Below, piece by piece: positions 42,913 to 54,252 of a DNA stretch of 64,000 nucleotides. This DNA is from an uncultured Gemmatimonadaceae bacterium. Its GTDB lineage: Bacteria > Gemmatimonadota > Gemmatimonadetes > Gemmatimonadales > Gemmatimonadaceae. The notes under the pieces were generated by a model that was not told the DNA's origin, searched no databases, and saw nothing but the letters and a program-made list of their open reading frames with translations. How positions within the stretch are numbered: position 1 is the first letter of the stretch; each line of letters starts with the position of its first letter. Position numbers and translations under genes: made by a program. Location of the stretch: contig CAWGJO010000020.1 in the NCBI GenBank assembly GCA_963822945.1, positions 256,001-320,000 on the forward strand, read 5' to 3'.

Positions 42913-45900
42913 CACCGCCAGGCTTTCGACAACGAGATGCCCCATTGTTGCGGGGTCGGCACGAGCCCGTGCGTGGTGCGTCCGCAGAGTTCGGGCACTC
43001 GCCGGCGGCTCCAGTCCGACTTCGGCCGAGAGGGTACTCGAGAATCGGTACTGCAGCTTGCTTTCCAACTGGTCCACCCACCCATTGCCCCCGGCGCCCG
43101 ACCCGGTGCCGCTCTGGCTCGACGTGAGCTGGCAGAGCCCCGTGCTGATGCTGAAGAAGAGATTGTTGGTGATCTGCTTCTCGCCGCCGACACGGGCGCC
43201 GGAGAGGAACTGGTTCGCTGCGCTGCGGGCGGTCTGTCCCTTGGTGGCCGACTCGTCCGTGGCGCCGGCCTGGAACTGCAGGGCGTCGAAGGCGGAGCCG
43301 ACCTGTCCGCGCAGCGTCTGGGCGAGCACGCTGCTGGCCGTGGGGAGCAGCACCTGGGCCGCCGTCTGCAGGTAGCTCTGGTTCGCGCCCAGTTCGTAGC
43401 TGGGCACGCCGCAGCAGAGGTAGCTGACGAGGTCCGACTGCGGGATGTTGTCGCCCGTGCCGCTGGTGAGATCCAGCGACGGACCCGGGTACAGGTAGCC
43501 GGAGAGCGTCGCGCGCACCGTCACGTCGGCCCGATTGTACTGCCGCACGGTGTACAGCGCGCTGACGTCGATCTTGGGGTTGAGCTCCGGATCGCCGAAA
43601 AAGGCGATCGTGCCGCTCTCCACCTGGAACTCGCGCTGCAGCGGACCGAAGGAGAGCGTATACGTGCCGCGTTCGGCGGTCAGCGTTCCGTCCAGCGCCA
43701 GCCGATACACGGTGTCGCTCGTGGCCGCCGCGGTGCTGGCGAAGGCCTGGGCGCCGAGGGCACGGATCTGGGGCGTGCGTCGCACGTTCAGCGATCCGAC
43801 GAGCTTGATGTTCGCCTCGTGCGACCGGAGCCATACCTCGTCGCCCAGGGTCACGCGCATCCCGCTGATCGTCATGTCCTTGAGCAGCGCGGACGGCGGG
43901 CTTGGCAGTTTGATCCGCGTATTCAGATCCGTGGTGTCCATGCCCTCCAGATCGGCGTAGCTCAGTTGGATCATCTGGCGCTTCGAGGCGTCGCGCTCCG
44001 GGATGTAGATCGTGCCGCGGATGATGTTGACCGGTCCGGTCAGCGTGGAGGCGGTCTTCCGGCCGCTGAGCCGGATCGTTTCGCGCCCCAGGGGACCCGT
44101 GGAGATGTCCAGGCGCGCCAGCGTCCGCTTGTCGATGGCGCGGAATTGGTGCGCATTCAGCCGGAGGTCGAAGCGCGGATTGGCGCGGTCCGCGAAGTCC
44201 ACATACCCGCCCACCGACAGCGAATCGGACGACGACGGCCCGCTGTACGCCGTGAGCCGGCGGATCGCCAGGCTGTCGTTCGCGGCCGACACGGTCAATT
44301 CGGCACTGAGTCCACGCAGGGTGATGCCCAGGTCGTTGAGGGCCAGCTCGGCGTCATTCATCTGCGCGAACCCGTCGAGCGTCGGGTGGTGCCAGGTGCC
44401 GCCGAGCGTCAACGCGACGAAGAGCCGCCCCCGCGCCCTGGTGATGGCGGGTACGAACGCCTCGACGATCGCGAAGTCGGTGCTGTCGGCGCGGATCTGG
44501 CCGCTGAGGGAGTCGTCGAGCAGGCGGCCCCCGAACAGCTGGACCGCCATGGGCAACGAGGCCGACGCCCGCAGCGACTGCACGCCGTTCCGGAAGATGA
44601 CCAGGTCCGCGTTGGTACGGCGGTTCTGATAGGTTGCCCTGGCGTTCACCTGACTCAGCACCATGCTGCCGTACAGGAGGTTCCGCCCCATCGCATCGAC
44701 TCGGATCAACGGGGCCGCGCGGGTTCCGGACACATCGGCGTGCAACGCACTCCATCCTGACATCGTGTCGGCCACCTGCAACAGCGTTGCGGCGTCACGC
44801 ACCGGGATGCTGTCTGCCCGGAACTGCAGGGACACCGAGTCCCGATCGGGCACCAGACCGGCCAGCGACACCACCCCACCGTGGTCGTTGACCATGCGAA
44901 GCGCGTCGATCGCGATCTGCGTGGAATCGATGTGCACGGCACCCTCGGCGGCCAGGTGCCAGACGTCGTGCCCCAGATCCACCTTGCCCGACCGCACGGT
45001 CAGATCCGTGCGCCCGGACGCGTGCGAGATCGTGCCGCCGACAGCAATCGTCGGTCCGTTGTCGCTGAGCGCCCCGACGTCGAAGGTGCCCGCGAACTGA
45101 AGTCCGGTGGCGCCGTTCTTCTTCACCCGGGCCAGCTCTGCCTGGAAGCCGATCGTGTCCACCCGGACGCCGACGAGCACCAGCGTGTCGAGTTCGAACG
45201 ACGCCAGGCCGTGCGGCGCCCGCAACACGTCGTCGAACGCGAAGTGCCCGCGGGCCGCCGCCCCGCGGTCCTTGTTGATGTACAGGCCGACGGCGGCGAG
45301 CGAGTCGGAGGACACGTTGAGGCCCACCACGTTGCCGGTCATCCACCCGCTCAGGTACAGCCGCCCCGCCAACGAGTCCGGCACCCCGGCCGGTTCCGCT
45401 GGTTGACGGGCGAGGAACGGTCGGAGCCCGCCCAGCGAATCGACGGTGACCTCGTAGCGGAGCGAGTCGTTCACGCCGTCGCTCAACCCGAGCGCGCCAT
45501 ACGCGCGGAGCGTGGCCGCCGACGTCTCAAGACGCAGCGTGTCCACGTGGATCCGGCCGTCGGCGAAACGCAGATGCGCCCGCGACGAGAACACGTGCAC
45601 GCCGTCGAACTCCGACCGCTCCATCGCGAGGTTGGCCGACCCGGTGAGATCGGCGAGGGAGTCGCCGCTCACGTCCACTTCGTAATTGCCCGTAAGCGAG
45701 CCCACCGGCAGCTTGGCCGCCGCCACCACCATGGATGGGTCGAGCGCCACGACGCGCCCGCTGCCGTGGGCGCCGTATGCCGGCGGGTCTGCGTCCACGT
45801 GGCCGTTGTAGCTGATCGCCCCCCCGGGGCCGTGCAACGAGGCGTCGAGGAACAGGTCGGGCACCGTCCCCTGCACGCGGATCGAGCCGGCATACTCGCC

Positions 45901-47541
45901 GATGATGGGCAGCTTGGGGTACGATCGCTGGAGCGCGGTGAGCGAGAGCGAGTCGGCGACAAGCGTCGCGTCGTAGCTCATGTACGGCTCGCCGTACGTG
46001 ATGCGCCCGCTGCCGGTGAGCCGGGTCACGGGCGCATCGCCATCCTGGAACCGCAGATCGGCATCGGAGAACCGGACGTCCATCCACGACGAATCGAGCA
46101 CGGCCCCGCCGGCAATCGACCCCTGAAGTCGTGGAAACGCGGGATACAGGAATTCCACCGTCCGCAGATCGAGCCGCTGCGCGTACACGTCGAAGTGGTG
46201 GAACTCCGCGAGGCCGGGGTTCAGGATGTTCAACTCGCCGCGCCCGCTCAGTTCGGAGATCGCCCCCGGCACGTGCGCGTCCTGGAAGGTGAGGTGCGTG
46301 GTATCCACGACGAAGTTGGTGAGCGGGCCGCCCCGCCCGGTCACCGTACCGCGCAGCTGTCCCTGCCAGTCCACGGGGAACGGCTTTCCGGCCAGCGTCC
46401 GGAGCAGGTCGAAATCCACCGGCTCCGCCCGCAGGCTCACGTCCTTCACCTGAAGCACCGGTCCGCCGACCGCGAACGTCATCGCGCCACGCAGCTGCGA
46501 CTTCGTGGTCCGCACGTCCATCTTGGTGAGCTTGTAATCCATCACGTGCAGGTTCTGCTCGTTCTGGATGTCGAGCACCATCGAGCCGCCGCCGGTGCGG
46601 GGCAGCGTCGGATACACCCATGCCACGTCGGCCAGCGACACCGAGTCGCCGATCACATGCAGGTTCCAGCGGACGGGGAGATCGTTCCCCCACACGACCT
46701 TTCCATTCGCGCTCCCGTACGAACCGGGGAGTTCGAAGTGCGCCAGGTCGGCCCACACGGAGTCGCCCAGATTCCGGACCGTCCCCCGCACGTTGCGGAA
46801 CCGGAAGGGCGGATCCTGTTCGTCGACGTCGAGCCGGGCGATGGCGAACACGCGGCCCACGCTGTCCGGATCGTTGATCCGGACGTGCGGCACCAACGCG
46901 TCGATGTGCGTCCACCGCCTGGTGCGCGCCAACCCCTCGCGGCGCCGCCGGACCTCGATGTCGGGGTTGGCCAACGCGGCCGCCACGGCGCTGTCCCGCC
47001 GTGCGCCGTGCAGCGAATCGTCCGGCTGCCACGGCTGTGTCAGGATGAACGTGGCGTCGTGCAGCCGCACCGAGTCCATCACGACGTAGTCCCCCCACTG
47101 CGGGCCGGTGGCTTTGGCAGTGGCCCCGCTCTTGCGGCCGCTGCGGAAGATCCGCCGGAAGTTCCAGTCGTAGTTCTCGTGCTGGCGCAGATACACGGTG
47201 GGATGCTGCACGTTCACATGCGAGAACAGCAGCCGCTTGTCCATGATGTCGCGCGGATCGTACTCCACCGTCAACGGTCCCGACGCCACGAACAGCGAAT
47301 CCTCGGCGTCGCGGATCTCCAGCGAGTCGACGGTCACACCGGTGAGATAGTTCCCCGTGATGCGGCCGAGGTATACGTGGCCATGCACCGCACCCGCCAG
47401 TTGGCGCTCCACCAACTGCCGGACGTGATCCTGCCCCCATCCGCTCTTCGTGAGCACGAGCACGCCCGCCCCGGCCGCCGCGAAGATGGCCAGCACGAGT
47501 CCGAGACTCACGTAGAGCACGACGCGACGGCGGGTGGTCAT
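42909..47541 (-). CDS. Translocation/assembly module TamB-like protein (frameshift near 42985)
   Basis: N-terminal TM, about 1500 aa beta-rich body, DUF490-like C-terminus (GTIAFFGDPELNPKIDV); true C-terminus ...WGISLSKAWRW in alternative frame. Confidence 0.85.
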
Positions 47542-47543
47542 GG

Positions 47544-49832
47544 CTAGAAATCAGAACCGATGGAGAACGTCAACGTCAAACGGTGGAAGAAGCCGGTGGA
47601 CTGCGGCGGCAGGAAGGTCGCCGGGCAGGTCTGCTCCTCCTGTACGTACGTCGTCGAGGTGCTGCCCGTGCCGGGTATCACGTGTACCGGGATCGAGTTG
47701 CCGGGGCTCACGCAATAGAGCGGCGCCAACCCGGTCTCCTTGTTCACGCTCGCGTCGTAGTAGATCGGCCCGCGCGTCTGCCGATAGGGATTGTACCCCA
47801 CATTCACCTGCAGCGGTCCCACGGGCGTGAACACCCGGATCCCGACTCCGGGGGTCCACTTGATCTGCGACAGGGCGAGGGCGCTGCCGGACAGCCCGCG
47901 CGTCCATACCTCCCCCCCATCCGTGAACAGCACCCACTGCAGCAGCTGGGGGAAGAAGGCGTCCGGCACCCGATACTCGAAGTTGGTCACCAGCAGCGCA
48001 TTGCCGCCCACCGGCACGACGCGGAATGGCCGCACCCCATTCGGCGATTCGAAGTAGACCGTGCTGTCGTTGACGGCCACCTTGTCGTACCCGTCGGCGA
48101 TGTACAGCAGCGACCCCAGCTCGTTCTGGTAGAAGCCGCGCACGCTGTTCGCACCGCCGGCGTACAGCCGTTCCTCGGGCGGGATGTACCGCGTGGTGGT
48201 TTTGAGCGACAGGCTCGGCCCGAGCACGACGCCCCCCCGCAACCGCGACGCGAACACGCCGCTCGCCCCCACGGGATGATACCACGATACGTCGAACGTG
48301 CCCTTGTTGAACGCCAGATCGGGCGACGAGCCGAGCGCGCGCGACGAACTCCGTACCTCGGTGCGCACGACCCACCCCCGGCTCGGGTTGAAGGGATCGT
48401 CGGTCCGTGAGATCGTGTATTGCGCGCCGGCCACCGCGAGCGGCTGGGCCACCCGCGAGATCTGGTCGCGCGACGCCTGGTCGCAACGGTTGAACACGGC
48501 GCAGAGGAGCGCCGGCTGTGCCTGCGTGCTCCCATACTCCAGACTGTAGGCCAGGCGCAGCGCGCCACGGCCATCCGCCGTCCCCCGCGTGGCCGAGGCC
48601 TCGGCGCCGATCAGCGTGGAGCGGAGGTACGCGAGGTACTCGCTCCGCCGCTCCCGGTACAGCGAGTATGACGGCGCCCAACTCGTCCCGAACAGCGCCG
48701 GTTGCTGCAGCGTGGCCGAGATGCTGTAGTTGGTGGTGTCGCTGAACGGATCGCGACGCAGCACGTCCTGATAGCAGAGTCCCCGCGTAGCCGACGATGC
48801 CAGCGGATGACCGTACCCGATCTTGGAGAGCTGCCCCGAAAGTTCGAAGTGGCGCGCCTGGTGGAGGAAGTTCTTGTTCGTGTACTGGGCGCTCAACCGG
48901 AAGCAATCCAGGGTGGCCCACCCGTACTTCGTGTCGAGCTGCTGCATGTAGTCTTCGCGCAGGTTCACGAGCAGCGTGACCAGTGAATCGCCCGCCGGCT
49001 GCACGGAGTCGAGCGCAACTTCCACGTGCCGGTAGGCCCCCAGTTGGTAGAGGCTCCGCTGCGCGTCGATCAGCTTCTGATCGCTGTACAGATCGCCCCG
49101 CCGGATACCCAGCAGTTCCCGCACCACGTCGTCACCGATCTGCTGCGGATGCGTGCTGTCCACCGGCAACACGTTCACGCGAATGGCCCCGATGTGCGCG
49201 CGCGGCCCCGGCAGCGCGCGGATCGACACGCTGGCCTTCCGGGCGTCGTACCGGACGTTGTAGTTGCGCAGCAACTCGACGTCCGGATACCCCGAATCCC
49301 GCATGCGGGCCGTGATCGTGTCCAACTCCGTCCCCAACAGGCCGATGTCGAACGGCATTCCCACGCGCAGTCGAAGCCCGGAAAGAATGTCGGCCCGGTT
49401 GGGCACGGATTCGAGGCCGCTGATGGTCAACGAGTCGATGAGGATGGGCTGCCCTTCGGCGATCGTGAACGTGACGCGGACGGCATCGTCGCCCATCGCC
49501 TGCACGAGCGTATCCACCTGCGTGTCGTAGTAGCCCTTGTTGTGATAGAACTTCTTGAGCCGGAGCACATCCAGCGGCAGTTCGCCGCGATCGAGGCAGT
49601 GCCGCGTGCCGAAGAATCCGAAATGCCGGCGGAACCAGCCCGATTCGGTCGTGGCGATCCGGACCGCGAGGTCCGATGCGCTGAACGCGTGATTGCCGCG
49701 GAACACGAGCGAGCGGACTTCCTTGTCGCCCGGATCGCACGTGATGTCCTGCGCATGGGCGCGCACAGGCGCCGCGGCGACCGCCAGGATGAGGCACGTG
49801 GCCGCCAACGCCGTCTGGAGGAGCCGGTGCAT
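47544..49832 (-). CDS. BamA/TamA family Omp85 outer-membrane protein
   Basis: Signal peptide, POTRA-like segments (FYHNKGYYDTQV, MRDSGY, LYQLGAY), ERLYAGGANSVRGF, GIRVFTPVGPL, C-terminal Phe; next to TamB. Confidence 0.9.
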   Translation of the reverse strand: MHRLLQTALAATCLILAVAAAPVRAHAQDITCDPGDKEVRSLVFRGNHAFSASDLAVRIATTESGWFRRHFGFFGTRHCLDRGELPLDVLRLKKFYHNKGYYDTQVDTLVQAMGDDAVRVTFTIAEGQPILIDSLTISGLESVPNRADILSGLRLRVGMPFDIGLLGTELDTITARMRDSGYPDVELLRNYNVRYDARKASVSIRALPGPRAHIGAIRVNVLPVDSTHPQQIGDDVVRELLGIRRGDLYSDQKLIDAQRSLYQLGAYRHVEVALDSVQPAGDSLVTLLVNLREDYMQQLDTKYGWATLDCFRLSAQYTNKNFLHQARHFELSGQLSKIGYGHPLASSATRGLCYQDVLRRDPFSDTTNYSISATLQQPALFGTSWAPSYSLYRERRSEYLAYLRSTLIGAEASATRGTADGRGALRLAYSLEYGSTQAQPALLCAVFNRCDQASRDQISRVAQPLAVAGAQYTISRTDDPFNPSRGWVVRTEVRSSSRALGSSPDLAFNKGTFDVSWYHPVGASGVFASRLRGGVVLGPSLSLKTTTRYIPPEERLYAGGANSVRGFYQNELGSLLYIADGYDKVAVNDSTVYFESPNGVRPFRVVPVGGNALLVTNFEYRVPDAFFPQLLQWVLFTDGGEVWTRGLSGSALALSQIKWTPGVGIRVFTPVGPLQVNVGYNPYRQTRGPIYYDASVNKETGLAPLYCVSPGNSIPVHVIPGTGSTSTTYVQEEQTCPATFLPPQSTGFFHRLTLTFSIGSDF

Positions 49833-49999
49833 CAACCGCCGGAGCGCGACGAACGTCGCTTGTCGGACATGCGAACCTCGGAGCAGGACCTCCGGACTCC
49901 GCATACCCGCGCGAACTCCGGAACTACGGGATCGTGCCGGGCTGATCCGCCGACACACGACACGCCCGCGCGGCGCGTAAATCCGGCGGGCGCATATGA

Positions 50000-50028
50000 T
50001 TGACGCGTCAGTGCGGGTATCATAAGTT
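50000..50028 (+). promoter_or_regulatory. Putative sigma-70 promoter
   Basis: TTGACG-N17-TAAGTT upstream of ABC substrate-binding gene. Confidence 0.65.
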
Positions 50029-50045
50029 CACGCCCGCTTTCCCAG

Positions 50046-51644
50046 GTGTCAACCGCCGTGACGCTACCCTGCACGCGAGCTCTAGGCTCGTCGCTCCTCA
50101 TCGTTCTCGCCGCCACCGCCGGCTGCCGCGGGGCGGCCCCGGCCGCGACCTCGCGCCACACGCTGATCGACGCCCGCGACACCTACGACCCGCGCTCCCT
50201 CGACCCCGCCCTGTCCACCGACGTCCCCACCGGCCGGGCCGTGAGCTACGTGTTCGAGGGGCTGACCCGCTTCACGGCGGACGCCCACCTCCAACCGGCG
50301 CTCGCCACCCGCTGGGACCTCTCGGCGGACGGCCGGACCTACACCTTCCACCTCCGCCCCGGCGTCACCTTCCAGGATGGGCGGCCGCTCGCCGCCGCCG
50401 ACGTCGTCCACTCGTTCACCCGGGCCCTCGCCCCCGCCACCCATGGAGGGCGCGCCGAACCCCTGCTCCCCATCCGGGGCGCAGCGGCGTTCGCCGACGG
50501 CAAGGCCGCCACGGTTGCCGGCCTCTCCGCCCCCAACGACAGCACGGTCGTCATCACCCTCGAGCAGCCGCTGGCCATCTTCCCCAAGCTGCTGGCCATG
50601 CCCGTGGCGTCCGTGCTTCCGGCCGACGCTCCGGCCAACATCGGTGACCACCCCGTGGGCACCGGCCCCTGGAAGCTCGTGCGGTGGAAACACGACGACT
50701 ATCTGCTGTTCGCGCGCAACGACCACTACTGGGGCGGCGCCCCGAAAACCGACTCGCTCGAAGCCCGGATCATCGCCGAACCGAGCACTGCCGTCGCCGA
50801 GTTCGAGAGCGGGAACGTGGACGTCGCGGAGATTCCGCCGGACGAAGTCGAGACGTGGGAGTCCGACTCCGCCAAGAAGCGGCTCCTCATGGACGCGCCG
50901 TCGCTCCAACTGGTGTACGTGGCCATCAACACCACGCGCGGCCCACTCCAGGACCGGCGCGTGCGACAGGCCATCAACTACGCCGTGGACACGAAGACCA
51001 TCCTCGCCCAGCTCGTCCACGGACGGGGCCGGCTGGCCGCGGGGGTCATCCCCCCGTCCCTCGGCGGCGCCGACACCACGCGCGCGCCCTATCCCTACGA
51101 CCCCGCGAAGGCACGCGCGCTGCTCGCCGCCGCGGGGCATCCGGGCGGCATCGACGTCGAACTCTGGACCGGCGCCACGCCGATCATGGTTCGGGTGGCC
51201 GAAGCCATCCAGGCCTACCTGAACGCCGTGGGCATTCGCACCAAGATCGTGCAGCGCGACGCGGCGTCGGCGCGCGAGGCCGCACGCAAGGGCGACACCG
51301 ACCTCTTCCTGAAGGACTGGTACGCCGACTACCCCGACGCCCAAGACTTCCTCGACCCGCTGCTCGGCGGCGCGAACACCGGCGTCGGCGGCAACGTATC
51401 GTTCTACCGGAACCCGGCATTCGACCGGCTGATGACGCGCGCCCGGCTGGAGCCCGACGAGTCGAAGCGCGACGCGCTCTACCGCACAGCCGACTCCCTG
51501 GCCTACGCCGATGCGCCGATGATCGACCTGTACTTCTACGACAAGCTGTACGCCGTACAGCCCTGGATCGAGGGATTCACCCCGCCGGTGATCTTCAACG
51601 GCCAGCGATGGACCGACGCGCGCATTCGCGCGGCCACGCCGTAG
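50046..51644 (+). CDS. Peptide ABC transporter substrate-binding lipoprotein (family 5)
   Basis: Lipobox ATAGC, SLDPA, PALATRWDLSADGRTYTFHLR, PVGTGPW, VRQAINYAVD. Confidence 0.93.
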   Translation: MSTAVTLPCTRALGSSLLIVLAATAGCRGAAPAATSRHTLIDARDTYDPRSLDPALSTDVPTGRAVSYVFEGLTRFTADAHLQPALATRWDLSADGRTYTFHLRPGVTFQDGRPLAAADVVHSFTRALAPATHGGRAEPLLPIRGAAAFADGKAATVAGLSAPNDSTVVITLEQPLAIFPKLLAMPVASVLPADAPANIGDHPVGTGPWKLVRWKHDDYLLFARNDHYWGGAPKTDSLEARIIAEPSTAVAEFESGNVDVAEIPPDEVETWESDSAKKRLLMDAPSLQLVYVAINTTRGPLQDRRVRQAINYAVDTKTILAQLVHGRGRLAAGVIPPSLGGADTTRAPYPYDPAKARALLAAAGHPGGIDVELWTGATPIMVRVAEAIQAYLNAVGIRTKIVQRDAASAREAARKGDTDLFLKDWYADYPDAQDFLDPLLGGANTGVGGNVSFYRNPAFDRLMTRARLEPDESKRDALYRTADSLAYADAPMIDLYFYDKLYAVQPWIEGFTPPVIFNGQRWTDARIRAATP

Positions 51645-51647
51645 CCG

Positions 51648-52565
51648 ATGCTGCGCTTCATCGCGCGGCGTCTCGCACTGGCCGTTCCGACCCTGTTCGG
51701 CGTGCTCGTCGTAGCGTTCCTCCTCCTCTACGTGGCCCCCGGCGATCCCGTGACCGCGATGATCGGGGAACGCGCCGATCCGGCGACGATCGCCCGCCTG
51801 CGCGCCGAACTGCATCTGGACGACCCCCTGCCGGTGCAGTTCGCGCACTACGTGGACCAGATCGCGCACGGCAACCTCGGTCGCTCGTACATCACGGATC
51901 GTCCGATCAGCGCCGACATCGCCGAGCGCTTTCCGAAGACCCTGGAGCTGGCGCTCGCCGCGATGCTGCTGGCCACGGTGTGCGGCATCTCGCTCGGCGT
52001 ATTGAGCGCGCGCAATCCGGGGGGCTGGATCGACCGCCTGGCACTTGGCGTCGCGTACCTGGGCATCTCGTTCCCGGTCTACTGGGTGGGGCTGCTGCTG
52101 ATTCTCGTGTTCGCGGTGGGCCTCCGCTGGTTCCCGCCCTCGGGATCGGGCGGACTCCGGTACCTCGTGTTGCCGGCGCTCGCGCTCGGCATGCGGTCCA
52201 TCGCCTTCCAGGCGCGGGTCACGCGCTCGTCGATGCTCGACGCTCTCGGCGCCGACTATACGCGGACGGCGCGGGCCAAGGGCGCGCGTGAGTGGTCGGT
52301 CACCCTGCGCCACGCATTGCGCAACGCACTGATCCCGGTGATCACCGTCGTCGGACTCGACTTCGGCTCGTACCTCACCGGCAGTATTCTCACCGAGACG
52401 GTGTTCTCGTGGCCGGGGCTGGGCCGGTACGTCGTGAACGCCATCTCACGCCGCGACCTGCCGGCCATCCAGGGATCGGTTCTGTTTCTGAGCACCGTGT
52501 TCGTGGTGGTCAACCTGCTGGCGGATCTGGCGTACGCGAAGGCGGATCCGCGGGTGGCGTATTAG
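51648..52565 (+). CDS. Peptide ABC transporter permease (DppB/OppB type)
   Basis: APGDP, GNLGRSY, DYTRTARAKG, HALRNAL, ETVFSWPGLG, DPRV. Confidence 0.95.
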   Translation: MLRFIARRLALAVPTLFGVLVVAFLLLYVAPGDPVTAMIGERADPATIARLRAELHLDDPLPVQFAHYVDQIAHGNLGRSYITDRPISADIAERFPKTLELALAAMLLATVCGISLGVLSARNPGGWIDRLALGVAYLGISFPVYWVGLLLILVFAVGLRWFPPSGSGGLRYLVLPALALGMRSIAFQARVTRSSMLDALGADYTRTARAKGAREWSVTLRHALRNALIPVITVVGLDFGSYLTGSILTETVFSWPGLGRYVVNAISRRDLPAIQGSVLFLSTVFVVVNLLADLAYAKADPRVAY

Positions 52566-52566
52566 A

Positions 52567-52719
52567 GACAGTCGGACAGTCGGACAGTCGAGACAGTCAG
52601 ACAGTCGGACAGTCGGACAGTCGGACAGTCGGACAGTCAAACAGACGCACAGGCGCACCGGCGCAGAGACGCACCGACGCACCGACGAACCGGCGGACAG
52701 GCGGACAGGCGGACAGGCG
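52567..52719 (+). repeat. 8-bp tandem array of about 19 units drifting GACAGTCG to CACMGRCG to GACAGGCG
   Basis: Direct reading, starts 1 nt after the permease stop. Confidence 0.92.
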
Positions 52720-52763
52720 TGGCGATGGCCCGGGTGTCCCTCACTCATCAAGGAGCCGTACTC

Positions 52764-53066
52764 GTGACCCTCGACGAATATCAGCTCGCCGCGGCCCGCA
52801 CGATCAACCAATCTCTCTCGGCGCCCGACCGCTTGCTGGATGCGGCGGCTGGCCTGGCCGAGGAAGCCGGCGAGGTACTGGGGATGGTGCGGAAGGAGCG
52901 AATGCAGGGACGCGCGATGGATGGCGGTCGCCTGCGGGAGGAGTTGGGCGACGCCCTCTGGTGCCTGGCCGTTGCGGCGCAGAGCGCCGGTCTGACGTTG
53001 GAGGAGGTGGCGGCGGCGAACATCGAGAAGTTGAAGGGACGCCACCCGGATGGGTTTCGAAGCTGA
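52764..53066 (+). CDS. MazG-like nucleotide pyrophosphohydrolase (single domain)
   Basis: GLAEEAGEV...EELGDALW, NIEKLKGRHPDGF; AAGGAG SD before GTG. Confidence 0.88.
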   Translation: MTLDEYQLAAARTINQSLSAPDRLLDAAAGLAEEAGEVLGMVRKERMQGRAMDGGRLREELGDALWCLAVAAQSAGLTLEEVAAANIEKLKGRHPDGFRS

Positions 53067-53128
53067 AGCTCCGAGATCGCACAACGGCGCGTGCGTTCCC
53101 TTCACCTTTCACGCGTTGACTTTCCCGT

Positions 53129-54151
53129 TCAGTCGTCCTTCTGCCCGAAGATCGCCATGTTCGAGCTGTGTCCCGGATTGATCTTCTTCTCCGGGTACAC
53201 CCAGTGGACGGCCTGATTGACGGCGGTTGCCGCATCGCCGAATCCCGTGGCGATGAGTTTCAGCTTGCCCGGATAGGTCACCACGTCACCGGCCGCGTAG
53301 ATGCCCGGCCGTCCGGTTTCCATCTGGCTGGTCACCAGAATCTCGTCCTTCTCGATGTTGAGGCCCCACTCGCCGATGGCGCCCATGTCGCTGACGAAGC
53401 CGAGCATCGGCAGGACGACGTCCGCTTCCAGTTGGCGCGTGGACTTGGCCTTGATGTCCTTGAGCAGTATGTGCGTGAACCGCTCGCCGCCTTCGGGCGC
53501 AACGAGGTCCTGCAGTTCGTGGAAGGTGTAGAGCGCGGCACGATTCGCCTCGACGGCGGCCCGGAATTGCGCCACGGTCGCGGCGTGGGCGCGGAAGCGA
53601 TCGCTGCGGTGCACGATGGCAACCGAAGCGGCGCGGTCGAGCAGTTGCACCCCCCAGTCGAACGCCGAATCGCCGCCGCCGATGATGACGACTCTCTTTC
53701 CCCTGAACTGCTCGGGGTCGGTCACCACGTCGTGGATCCCACGGCCGTACCAGGGCTCGGCACACGCCTGTGGTAGCCGGCGGGGCGCGAAGGCGCCGAT
53801 GCCCGCCGCGATGATGATGGACCGGGTCGGGAAGCGATCCGTCTCGGTGACGAGGACGAAGTGACCGTCGACTTCTTCGAGGCCCGTCACGCGCTGCGAG
53901 AAATGCATCGGCTGGTCGAACTGAGAAGCCTGCACCCGCAACTGTCGCACGAGTTCCTTGGCCGGAATCCTGGGAAATCCGGCGACGTCGAAGATGTCCT
54001 TTTCGGGGTAGAGCGCCGTGAGCTGGCCGCCGGGCTCCGCCAGGGCATCCACGATTTGCGCGGTCGCGCCGCGCATGCCAGCATAGAACAGGGCGAAGAG
54101 GCCGGTGGGGCCGCCGCCGATGATGGTCAGGTCGCGAATTTCGTGGTCCAT
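53129..54151 (-). CDS. Ferredoxin--NADP reductase (TrxB-like, YumC type)
   Basis: IIGGGPTG, GGQLTALYPEK, GGGDSAFDW, GIYAAGD, KLIATGF, PGHSS; no CxxC. Confidence 0.88.
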   Translation of the reverse strand: MDHEIRDLTIIGGGPTGLFALFYAGMRGATAQIVDALAEPGGQLTALYPEKDIFDVAGFPRIPAKELVRQLRVQASQFDQPMHFSQRVTGLEEVDGHFVLVTETDRFPTRSIIIAAGIGAFAPRRLPQACAEPWYGRGIHDVVTDPEQFRGKRVVIIGGGDSAFDWGVQLLDRAASVAIVHRSDRFRAHAATVAQFRAAVEANRAALYTFHELQDLVAPEGGERFTHILLKDIKAKSTRQLEADVVLPMLGFVSDMGAIGEWGLNIEKDEILVTSQMETGRPGIYAAGDVVTYPGKLKLIATGFGDAATAVNQAVHWVYPEKKINPGHSSNMAIFGQKDD

Positions 54152-54252
54152 TCGATAACGTTCGCCAGTGCTGCATCGTTAAACAAGCGCGGGTCCGTAG
54201 TCCGTCCCCGAAGATCACCGTCCCCCCCAGTCGCCCCCGATCCCATCCACGC

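Noticed and set aside
42016..47541. 1841-aa TamB-diacylglycerol kinase fusion in the ORF track
   Set aside because: A frameshift near 42985 joins them; the alternative frame gives a normal TamB end (WGISLSKAWRW*) whose TGA overlaps the kinase GTG
52764..53066. MazG-like gene as part of a defence or toxin-antitoxin system
   Set aside because: Single small house-cleaning-type domain with no partner genes adjacent
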